The position numbers were made by a program, and so were the translations under genes. Shown here in pieces: positions 9,701 through 17,442 of a DNA stretch of 64,000 nucleotides (position 1 is the stretch's first letter; every line of letters starts with the position of its first letter). The notes under the pieces were generated by a model. It made no database searches and was not told the origin of the DNA. It saw only the letters and a program-made list of their open reading frames with translations. The stretch comes from an uncultured bacterium. GTDB taxonomy: Bacteria; Acidobacteriota; Aminicenantia; UBA2199. Location of the stretch: contig CBFDCR010000004.1 in NCBI GenBank assembly GCA_965603365.1, forward strand, positions 21,260 through 85,259, in the 5' to 3' direction.

Positions 9701-9978
9701 ATTTACTCTCCTCTTATATTTTTTTATTCCTTATAAATTTTTTTGCCTTTAATCTCTATCTTTTTGTTAAAGATAAAATAAGTTGGGGAAAAAGTCAATA
9801 GTGGGGTGAGGTTTTTTTATTTTTTTTAGAGTTCCCCTCTCACAGGTTCTGCCATATTTGAGCGTCCGTACTATAAGCGGCAGCAACCTGGCAAAGCTAA
9901 AACACTAATTTAAACTTTAGCTAAGGCACTTAAAGTTTAAGATGCCATAGTAGATGTTAGACCCGTTTATATCGATTA

Positions 9979-10674
9979 TTACTGGATTTCGTAGAATACC
10001 ATCGAGGTATACTGGCCAAAAACCAGGGAAAGAAAGCACTGGTGATTGAGACTCCAGATCAGAGAGATTCCCGGGATTTCATTGGCATAGACCTCTGCTT
10101 TAATATCGTTTAAGACGTCCAGAATTTCCTCTGTGTCCTGGAGCATCTCATGGTAAATCCCTCGAACATCGCCACTCTTCAAGTATCTTCTGACATCCCA
10201 GAATAAGGAAAAGATTAATCCATTATCAATACGAAATTTACCATAATTGAAAGTTTCCAACTCTGCAATCACCTCGGGATTGTAAGGGGTCACTTCGGCA
10301 AGTTGTGTTAAGTCGATATAAGCCAGCCTGGCATTCTCCATATGAACGATAGCCGTATCGATCAGGTTTTGCAATTCGTTAAAATCCGTGCCGTTCAAAT
10401 CACTGATCTCTATTCTGTTGAGAAAATCAATTATAACGGAATGGGATTTTAAAAAATGGCCTGCACCTTCAACCACGTACAGGTTGATGGAAGAACCGGT
10501 ATTATCGGCCTGAATCCCCCCCTGGAAAGCCATGGGCGACCAATTGGCTTTGAGGGAAGCCAAGCCATTCACATGTAACAACAGAACAGCAACAAGCAAC
10601 ACAGAAATTTTTAAGCAAAAGCATTTTTTTATGTCCATTAGATCCTCCATTTTTCTATTTAAATATATAAACAT
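9979..10674 (-). CDS. secreted hypothetical protein, tandem paralog 1
   Basis: Signal peptide (LKISVLLVAVLLLHVNGLA) and ~50% identity to the adjacent 10740-11405 product, with shared blocks FNYGKFR.D.GL.FSLFWDVRRYLK.GDVRG.Y..ML.DTE.ILD and C-terminal QYTSMVFYEI. Confidence 0.6.
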   Translation of the reverse strand: MFIYLNRKMEDLMDIKKCFCLKISVLLVAVLLLHVNGLASLKANWSPMAFQGGIQADNTGSSINLYVVEGAGHFLKSHSVIIDFLNRIEISDLNGTDFNELQNLIDTAIVHMENARLAYIDLTQLAEVTPYNPEVIAELETFNYGKFRIDNGLIFSLFWDVRRYLKSGDVRGIYHEMLQDTEEILDVLNDIKAEVYANEIPGISLIWSLNHQCFLSLVFGQYTSMVFYEIQ

Positions 10675-10739
10675 TGGGTCTTATAATGCGCTTCTAAAAT
10701 ATTTCATTATTTAATATTTCGCAAATAGGGTTCCAGGTT

Positions 10740-11405
10740 TCAGAGATTCTGAACAATCTCGTAGAATACCATAGAGGTATACTGGTTAAAAATGAGGGAG
10801 AGGAAACATCGATGATTCAGATCCCAGATTTGCGATATTTCCGGCATCTGGCAGGCATCCACCGCTGCCTGAAGATTGTACAAAATGTCTAAAATGTCCT
10901 CGGTATCATGGAGCATCTTACGGTATAATCCCCGGACATCGCCGCGCTTCAAGTATCTTCTGACATCCCAGAATAAGGAAAAGTTTAAACCACTATCCCC
11001 ACGGAATTTTCCATAATTGAAAGTAAACAATTCTCTTATTACCTCCTGGTTGTAGGGAGTAATATCGGCTAAGTACGTTAAGTCATCGTAAGCAGCCCTG
11101 GCACCTTCCATATAAAAGATAGCATTACCGATCGACTCCTGGAATTCGCCGTAATCTGGATCATTCTCGTCATACAACTCGATTTTGTGGAGAAAGTAAA
11201 GGATTTCAGAATGGAATTTCAGAAAATACGCTCCCCCCTCGGTAACATAGTAACTAATGGTGTGACCGGGATTCGGTGCCCCGATATCATCAAAAGCGGC
11301 GGGTGACCAATTGGAAACAAGCCGAGCCAGGGCATGCGACTGAAATAACATAAAGACAAAAACAAACAACATAGTCTTAAAAAAGCAACCTCTTTTTATG
11401 TCCAT
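10740..11405 (-). CDS. secreted hypothetical protein, tandem paralog 2
   Basis: Signal peptide MLFVFVFMLFQSHALA; paralogous to 9979-10674. Confidence 0.6.
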   Translation of the reverse strand: MDIKRGCFFKTMLFVFVFMLFQSHALARLVSNWSPAAFDDIGAPNPGHTISYYVTEGGAYFLKFHSEILYFLHKIELYDENDPDYGEFQESIGNAIFYMEGARAAYDDLTYLADITPYNQEVIRELFTFNYGKFRGDSGLNFSLFWDVRRYLKRGDVRGLYRKMLHDTEDILDILYNLQAAVDACQMPEISQIWDLNHRCFLSLIFNQYTSMVFYEIVQNL

Positions 11406-11435
11406 TGGGTCCTCCTATTTTTTAATCCTCTTAAT

Positions 11436-11495
11436 TTATATTATACATAATAAACAAGAATTTTCAAATCCAGATGACAACCCCTTTTTATTCAT
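11436..11495 (-). other. candidate 19-codon small ORF MNKKGLSSGFENSCLLCII with an AGGAG RBS (speculative peptide gene)
   Basis: ATG 8 nt downstream of AGGAG; two Cys in a C-terminal C..C; sits between the fused ABC gene and the secreted paralogs in the rSAM island. Confidence 0.2.
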
Positions 11496-11673
11496 AGCTG
11501 CTACTCCTATTTTTTTTCATGTGTTTCCTCACTAAAGTCACTTCTACCGCTGTGCTGAATTTTATGATCCCTAAACGGTCTAAACTTAAAACTCTTACTT
11601 TATTTAATAGGAGCGAGCATCGTTATTTTCTACGAAATCCAATGTATACATTACGAAATAGAAAAAAAAGGTT

Positions 11674-13707
11674 TCATTCTCCATTGGCGAAGTATTGAAA
11701 ATAAACTTGATTCAGGTTCATTTGTCTCAACTCCGAATCTTTAACATCAAATAGAAGCTGCCCTCCCTTCATGATACCGATTCGGTCGCCGATCTCCGGT
11801 GCCAGCAGCACGTCGTTGCTGAGATACAATATTCCTTTGCCAGATTCCTTCAGTCTACGAATATTCCTGGTGAATTCAATGATAAATTCAACCGGCATAC
11901 CACTGGCAAAATCATCAAAAATATAATATTTACTGTTTTTCATTTTAGCAGCGGCAAACACGGCCTGCCGTTTCTCACTCTCCTGTGCCGCGCCAAAATA
12001 CTTTTTCTTGATGTTGTCGATCCCCAGTAAAATAGAAATCTCATCCGCTTCATTCTTATCGATTCCCGTAAGCCGCCGCATCAGATTCAGAAAATCTCCC
12101 ACTTTAATATTGCCGGGCCATTCAGCGGTTTTACCCACAAAAACAAAGTCACCATTCTGCTGATCATCGGCCATAATCTTGAACTTCTCCTGTATTTGAT
12201 CCCAATTTTTGAACTCCTTCACCGCCCCTGAATAGAGCACATACAATTGATCCCCGACGCCGCCGATTGCCGAAAGCAGTACGTAAGATTCGCCCTTTCT
12301 TACTCTCAAGTTTAGTTTACCGGTGGGAGGCAATTTTTTCATAAAGGTGGAAGAATCGAACCTGACCATTTTGAACAGGAACCTTTTGCAGCACAGGTAG
12401 GACACGATTAAAAGTATAACACAGAGTAATATCGTAAGGGATACCCCTGTCCACGCATAATCCGGCAGCCGACTGCCGGCGTAGAAAATATTCTCATCTC
12501 CCTCTATAAAAGACTCAACGTTTTCTGGATGCTCGGTATAATAACTCTTTTCGATAAAAAACTTGACAAACCTCTTCTTCAGAGCATGTACATAGTGATA
12601 AAAATCAATAAAGTTCTTGTATCCCCGGCTGCTCACCTCGTTGTGCACGGACTGGTAAAAGGTGGCAGGAAAGAAGGAAGCGAGGCGGTGATAAAATCTC
12701 ACATTGTCATTCATCTCCTCGATCATTCCTTTCTCCATCTTATTGATCTCTACAAATTCATTCCGTAAATAACTCTCAATCGCGCCCTTTGCTTCCTCCG
12801 ACATCTTCTCTCCCAATGGGAGGGTACCGTATTTCTTATTGCTTTCTTGCTCAAAACTCATGAGAGTCTTTAATTTTTTCAACTCCAGTTGGTAATTCAA
12901 AGTGATGTTCCCCGCCCGCTTGGAAACCAACTTGCTTATAATCCCGGGCAGCAAAAACACCGAAACAAACCACAATACCATGAGGGTGACCACACCGACG
13001 GCTTTTGATTTCAGGCTGCCGACCGCCGTTCCCAGGATGTAGAAAAAGAGCAGCATCAACAACATGACTGCGGAATATTTCAACAAATAGATGTAGTCGG
13101 GGCCACCCAGAGGTATCCCATTGGCTACCAACAGCACAGAGCCGGCAACTATCAAAAAGAGAAAGAAGAACAACATTATCAGGATTCTGGAAGCCAGTAT
13201 AGAGCAAAAGATCGGTTTGAAACCGGAAAAGCCGGACAAAAATCTCAAATAATCCCGGTAGCGAAATGAGCTGTAGCCAAAATAGAGGGCCATCAAACTC
13301 CCGAACAGCAGGATTATCCCGGAAAAATCTTTAAAGTTATCCTTTTTTTCGGAAAATAAATTCTTGCCTTTAATGGAGTTGTAGATTTTTAAAATTTCGC
13401 CGGAATCCACCTGGGAAGTAATTTCAGCCGCCACACCGGAATTTGTAAAGAATACACTCAAGGGAGAAGGGATGAACAGCAAACGAAACCCATAGCTTCC
13501 GTACTGCCGGTAATGCGTGTATTGTCCCACTTTTACCTTTTCGATTTCCTGAAACTTAACCTTACTATCGGCGATATCTTTGTAGTCTTGAATGCCCTCT
13601 TGCACAAAATAGAGGCACAACAATAAGAGCAACATCAGGGCAACGATCACTTTAGCGGAAAACAGCCGCTTAAACTCTGCCACAAAGAATGCACAAAAAT
13701 CTTTCAT
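11674..13707 (-). CDS. fused ABC-2-type permease / degenerate ABC ATPase-like protein (677 aa)
   Basis: N-terminal half has ~6 hydrophobic helices with the large first extracytoplasmic loop typical of ABC-2 permeases. The C-terminal ~220 aa has an ABC-ATPase-like tail (ILYLSNDVLLAPEIGDRIGIMKGGQL, like the D-loop/H-loop region) but no canonical Walker A GxxGxGKS/T (LLSAIGGVGDQ instead). Confidence 0.55.
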   Translation of the reverse strand: MKDFCAFFVAEFKRLFSAKVIVALMLLLLLCLYFVQEGIQDYKDIADSKVKFQEIEKVKVGQYTHYRQYGSYGFRLLFIPSPLSVFFTNSGVAAEITSQVDSGEILKIYNSIKGKNLFSEKKDNFKDFSGIILLFGSLMALYFGYSSFRYRDYLRFLSGFSGFKPIFCSILASRILIMLFFFLFLIVAGSVLLVANGIPLGGPDYIYLLKYSAVMLLMLLFFYILGTAVGSLKSKAVGVVTLMVLWFVSVFLLPGIISKLVSKRAGNITLNYQLELKKLKTLMSFEQESNKKYGTLPLGEKMSEEAKGAIESYLRNEFVEINKMEKGMIEEMNDNVRFYHRLASFFPATFYQSVHNEVSSRGYKNFIDFYHYVHALKKRFVKFFIEKSYYTEHPENVESFIEGDENIFYAGSRLPDYAWTGVSLTILLCVILLIVSYLCCKRFLFKMVRFDSSTFMKKLPPTGKLNLRVRKGESYVLLSAIGGVGDQLYVLYSGAVKEFKNWDQIQEKFKIMADDQQNGDFVFVGKTAEWPGNIKVGDFLNLMRRLTGIDKNEADEISILLGIDNIKKKYFGAAQESEKRQAVFAAAKMKNSKYYIFDDFASGMPVEFIIEFTRNIRRLKESGKGILYLSNDVLLAPEIGDRIGIMKGGQLLFDVKDSELRQMNLNQVYFQYFANGE

Positions 13708-13781
13708 TGTCTTCTTTCCCCCCCAGTTCTGCCAGATTCCGCAAACAACATACAGATCTTCTTCCTGCTATCTATTTCCAT
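13704..13781 (-). other. candidate 25-codon small ORF (MEIDSRKKICMLFAESGRTGGERRQ) overlapping the transporter start by ATGA (speculative)
   Basis: TGA stop overlaps the ATG of the 11674-13707 gene (CAATGAAAG); weak SD; no convincing precursor-peptide features. Confidence 0.12.
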
Positions 13782-13893
13782 ATTCACTCATATATTTTAC
13801 AAACATTAGAGCCACCGGTCAATAAAAAACTAACTTTTTGCTGTATCCTGGCTTTCTGGCCATAAAAAGTTCATTTGCCGACATTTTACACAT

Positions 13894-15204
13894 TTATGCA
13901 GAGCTAACTGCCCTCAGATTAGACTTCGGTGCCAGTACAGACATAGACAGAGGAGCCCTATGCCTCTCTTCATAGGGATTGTAATGGCACCATGGTTTTC
14001 TACAAAAATGATTTCCGTTTGAGCCATAACAAACCGGCTGGCAAGCATGGCATACATACCGATACTCGCAATCTTTACAAACCTCAATCTGATCCAGGGA
14101 GAGCCTCCAGAACCTTTGAAGCTTTTTCCCCCAGATAATATCTTTTAAAGAGTTTTCCCGAACGTTGCCGCAGGACTCATTTCTTTGCATAATGCAGGGG
14201 AATACATCGCCAGTGCTGGTTATGTCAACCTTTCCCCGCCAGCATGCATTCCCTCTAAACCTCCAGAGAAAAGTACCTTTATTGACCGGGAAAAATACGG
14301 CATCTTTCTCCTTCTGTTCGGAAATAAATTTATCGGGAACCAGTTCACTATCGATGGAACCCCCGGAGGGTCGAAGGATTCCATACTGGGGATCCTCCAT
14401 ACCCAATTCCTTCAGAAAAGCCATTGTTTCATCAACAACATCCTGGTTATGCTTCATCACCAATATACAGTAACGAACATTAACTCCTTTTTTTTCTAAC
14501 TTTCGACAATTCGCCAGCAGCCTGGTATGAGATCCCTTCACCCTGGTTATCTGATCATGAATTTCAGGTCGTTTTGAATAGATGGAAGTGGACACACTGA
14601 TTCCAAATTCTACGATTTGATCCACCCATTCATCCTTGAGAATATTAAGATTCGAAAAGAGTTGAATATCCTTATAATCGCATTTCCTTGCCCTCTCGGC
14701 AATCGAGAACAGATCTTCACCATACAATAGAGGCTCACCACCGATGAATTGCAACGCCTGGCAACCCAGTCCCGCCGCCTCGTATATAACCCTCATCCAC
14801 TCTCCCTTTTTAAGTCGTCTTCCTGCCGTCCCAGGAGGATTATTCTGAGAATAGCAATGCCGACATCTCTGGTTGCAGTCTTCCCGGAGCTCCAACCAGA
14901 TAAAATCAAGTTTATCATGAGATGAGGACAGGGGACGTTTTTCAACTTCTTTAGGGCCAGAATAAAAGTTTCCCAGGTCCTCTGAATCCAACCTATTTAG
15001 ATAAGCCAGGGCATCGGTAAAACCGATATCAGGAATCCGGGACGAAACCCTGGAAATCTTCTCTCCCTTTTCGCAGGCTTCGATCAACTTCACCGCAATG
15101 GGGTCGATAGAATGAACCGATCCATTCATTAGATTATACACTGCACCACCCCTGGCTCCCTTGACCAGGTAGCAATCATCTTTCAAGAAAAAATACACAC
15201 CCAC
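13894..15204 (-). CDS. radical SAM / SPASM-domain peptide-modifying enzyme with an N-terminal RRE(PqqD)-like segment
   Basis: CNQRCRHC (Cx3Cx2C) at ~residue 110. C-terminal Cys-rich auxiliary-cluster region (CWRGK...FPCIMQRNESCGN...CKDCEYRYVCHAC...). N-terminal YLVKGARGGAVYNLMNGSVHSIDPIAVKLIEACEKGEKI resembles RiPP recognition elements. Confidence 0.8.
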   Translation of the reverse strand: MGVYFFLKDDCYLVKGARGGAVYNLMNGSVHSIDPIAVKLIEACEKGEKISRVSSRIPDIGFTDALAYLNRLDSEDLGNFYSGPKEVEKRPLSSSHDKLDFIWLELREDCNQRCRHCYSQNNPPGTAGRRLKKGEWMRVIYEAAGLGCQALQFIGGEPLLYGEDLFSIAERARKCDYKDIQLFSNLNILKDEWVDQIVEFGISVSTSIYSKRPEIHDQITRVKGSHTRLLANCRKLEKKGVNVRYCILVMKHNQDVVDETMAFLKELGMEDPQYGILRPSGGSIDSELVPDKFISEQKEKDAVFFPVNKGTFLWRFRGNACWRGKVDITSTGDVFPCIMQRNESCGNVRENSLKDIIWGKKLQRFWRLSLDQIEVCKDCEYRYVCHACQPVCYGSNGNHFCRKPWCHYNPYEERHRAPLSMSVLAPKSNLRAVSSA

Positions 15205-15243
15205 ATCCTCCTACAGGACGAAAGGGGCTCTTTCACTTTTACG

Positions 15244-15687
15244 TTAACCCAATTGCCGGGCCCCTACCCTTAAATTCATCTGCGCCCCATCTATATGGTC
15301 AAAATGATTTATCCCTACACCAAGCTCTTCTTGAAAAGCCAGAGATTTATGAAAAAAACCGTTTAGCTGAACCGATACCGACCTTAGTTCCCCTGTCAAA
15401 TGTTTGAACTCGTTCTCATTTATATATCCGAGGTATAAAGCACAATTCAAACTGTCCTTGACTTTCTCACATAGTCTGATGGCCTTCTTTAAAAAAATGT
15501 ACTTCCTGGAACTATTTCTCTTCTCAAAAGCTTCGCTAATTTCGATATTGAGGGATATGGCTGCCTTTCGAATATGCCGCCGCAGATGATTACCTTTTAA
15601 AAATCTCTCTTTGGTGGTTATGTTATATATTTTTTTGGCGATATTCAACCCCTCGGCCCACAATATAAGATGCTTTTGTCTCCCCAT
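15244..15687 (-). CDS. four-helix-bundle protein (23S rRNA intervening-sequence protein family, TIGR02436-like)
   Basis: LWAEGLNIAKKIYNITTK...HLRRHIRKAAISLNIEISEAF.KRNSSRKYIFLKKAIRLCEKVKDSL..ALYLGYINENEFKHL matches the family's characteristic helix pattern; the C-terminal ~30 aa extension may be read-through. Confidence 0.75.
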   Translation of the reverse strand: MGRQKHLILWAEGLNIAKKIYNITTKERFLKGNHLRRHIRKAAISLNIEISEAFEKRNSSRKYIFLKKAIRLCEKVKDSLNCALYLGYINENEFKHLTGELRSVSVQLNGFFHKSLAFQEELGVGINHFDHIDGAQMNLRVGARQLG

Positions 15688-16000
15688 TTGATTTATTCTT
15701 GTTCTCTAACACGCTTAAGATAAGCTTCCGCCACTGGTCCTCCTTTTTCTGCATGGTCACTATTAACCACAGCAAGTTTCCGTTTTTTGTGTAAATTATT
15801 CTTTGAATTTATAATACAGCATTTTCCATGCCAAACGTATAATAACTCTGAAACCGTCTATTAACAAGCATTTTTGGGAATTTGAATTGTTCATTTCAAT
15901 TTAATTTTCAATATTTACGTAAATTTTTTTTACACTCCAACTTAGAAAAAGGACGGGAAACTATCTCATAATAAGGAACTCCAGAAAAAACACACCGAAG

Positions 16001-16082
16001 TGTAAAGAACCTTTACACCCCCCCATTATCTTTAAGATTCTATGGCTAAAGGGTATGCCAAAGGAGAAAAGATGTAAAGAAT
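16001..16082. promoter_or_regulatory. two copies of a 19-20-bp partially palindromic element (GTGTAAAGAACCTTTACACC / ATGTAAAGAATTTTTACACC) upstream of tatA
   Basis: GTGTAAAG-aac-CTTTACAC is a perfect 8-bp dyad at 16001-16020. A near-identical copy lies at 16063-16082 (centres ~62 bp apart), about 40 bp upstream of a consensus -35. Confidence 0.5.
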
Positions 16083-16123
16083 TTTTACACCTTCCGCCAA
16101 TATCGCTCGCCCAGATAAAGACT

Positions 16124-16152
16124 TGACATCATTACAGTAAACGGCTAAAATG
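16124..16152 (+). promoter_or_regulatory. sigma70-type promoter TTGACA-17-TAAAAT for tatA
   Basis: TTGACA 16124-16129, 17-nt spacer, TAAAAT 16147-16152, AAGGAG RBS and ATG 16179 downstream. Confidence 0.6.
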
Positions 16153-16178
16153 CAGCTTAAGGATAATAAGGAGAAAAT

Positions 16179-16370
16179 ATGTTTGGAAGCCTTGGCATAT
16201 GGGAAATATTATTGATATTGCTCATCGTGGCGTTGCTGTTTGGCGGAAAAAAACTCCCGGACCTGGGAAGAGGACTGGGAGAAGGAATTAAAAATTTCAA
16301 GAACTCACTGACCAAAGATAAAGATAAACAGGAAGATCAGAGCATTTCAGCGAATGAGAAGAATAATTGA
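16179..16370 (+). CDS. tatA: twin-arginine translocase subunit TatA/E
   Basis: [41 protein letters not shown] is the canonical TatA TM helix plus amphipathic-helix signature. Confidence 0.85.
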   Translation: MFGSLGIWEILLILLIVALLFGGKKLPDLGRGLGEGIKNFKNSLTKDKDKQEDQSISANEKNN

Positions 16371-17421
16371 AGAGCTCATTAGACAGCGAAAGGAAAAACA
16401 GGAAAGACTAAAAAAGACATTAGAGCGACTCGCTGATTTAATCGAGAAAAAAGGACTCCTGAATAGACAAAAGGGTAAAATAAGGCAGGCCCTGTCGACC
16501 TTAAATACCGATCTGAATGAACTCATCACCCTCCAGGACAAAGAGTGGGACGCCTATTCCAACAACCATGCCACCATGGTATTTAAATCTTTACACTGGA
16601 AGATCGAGAAACTGGAAGCGGAATACGCCAATGTCAGAAGCCTGTTGGCGAACTTTATCCAACTGGAAAAATCTTTGCAGAATTTGATCGAATCGATAGA
16701 CAAAAAAACAGATACACAGCCATTGACACGACTCAAAGAGATCCGGAGCCGGTTATCCGTCTATCAATATTCCGACTTTGAACAGCGCTTCAGGGGTAAT
16801 GAAGAGGAAATCAAGGAAAAGCTAAAACAGTATCTGCCGATCTTTTCAAACCACGACTTTATTCTTGACATCGGCTGCGGCAGAGGCGAATTTGTGGAAT
16901 TGCTGACGGAACAGGGTAAAACCGTTGAAGGTATAGATATTTCCGAATCGATGCTGAAGATCGCCGAAGAAAAAGGCCTGCGCTGCCGAAAACATGATGC
17001 CTTAGCCTTCCTGAAAGATCGGGATGCCCAATCCCTGGGGGGAATCTTTTCGGCCCAGGTCATCGAACATTTCCAACCGGAATACCTGAGGGACATCGTC
17101 ATCGAATCTTTCAGAGTGCTAAAAAACGATTCACCGATACTGCTGGAGACCATCAATCCCCTATGCCTGTTTGCTTTGAGCAACATTTACTTCCTGGATA
17201 CCACTCACCAGAAACCCCTTCACCCCGAATACATGAGATATCTACTGGAGAGTTCGGGTTTCTCGCAGGTAGAAGTCCTCTACCCCGGGGCGCTGGCGGA
17301 CGAGCAGTTGGAAGAAATAGCACCGGAGCATCCCCTGGCCAGGGCGTTTAATACAAATGTCGATAAATTAAACCATCTCCTGTTTTCATCCCCCATCTAC
17401 GCCATTAAAGGAGTCAGGTAG
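16354..17421 (+). CDS. class I SAM-dependent methyltransferase with N-terminal coiled-coil region
   Basis: [15 protein letters not shown] (motif I GxGxG) and a downstream acidic motif II; the N-terminal ~150 aa are heptad-like and charged; overlaps the tatA stop by 17 nt. Confidence 0.7.
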   Translation: MRRIIEELIRQRKEKQERLKKTLERLADLIEKKGLLNRQKGKIRQALSTLNTDLNELITLQDKEWDAYSNNHATMVFKSLHWKIEKLEAEYANVRSLLANFIQLEKSLQNLIESIDKKTDTQPLTRLKEIRSRLSVYQYSDFEQRFRGNEEEIKEKLKQYLPIFSNHDFILDIGCGRGEFVELLTEQGKTVEGIDISESMLKIAEEKGLRCRKHDALAFLKDRDAQSLGGIFSAQVIEHFQPEYLRDIVIESFRVLKNDSPILLETINPLCLFALSNIYFLDTTHQKPLHPEYMRYLLESSGFSQVEVLYPGALADEQLEEIAPEHPLARAFNTNVDKLNHLLFSSPIYAIKGVR

Positions 17422-17442
17422 GAGACGGCCCGCCAAAATCCC

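Noticed and set aside
11463-11480. TTCAAATCC T-loop-like motif suggesting a tRNA
   Set aside because: No acceptor or anticodon stem context around it. No tRNA-like cloverleaf can be built
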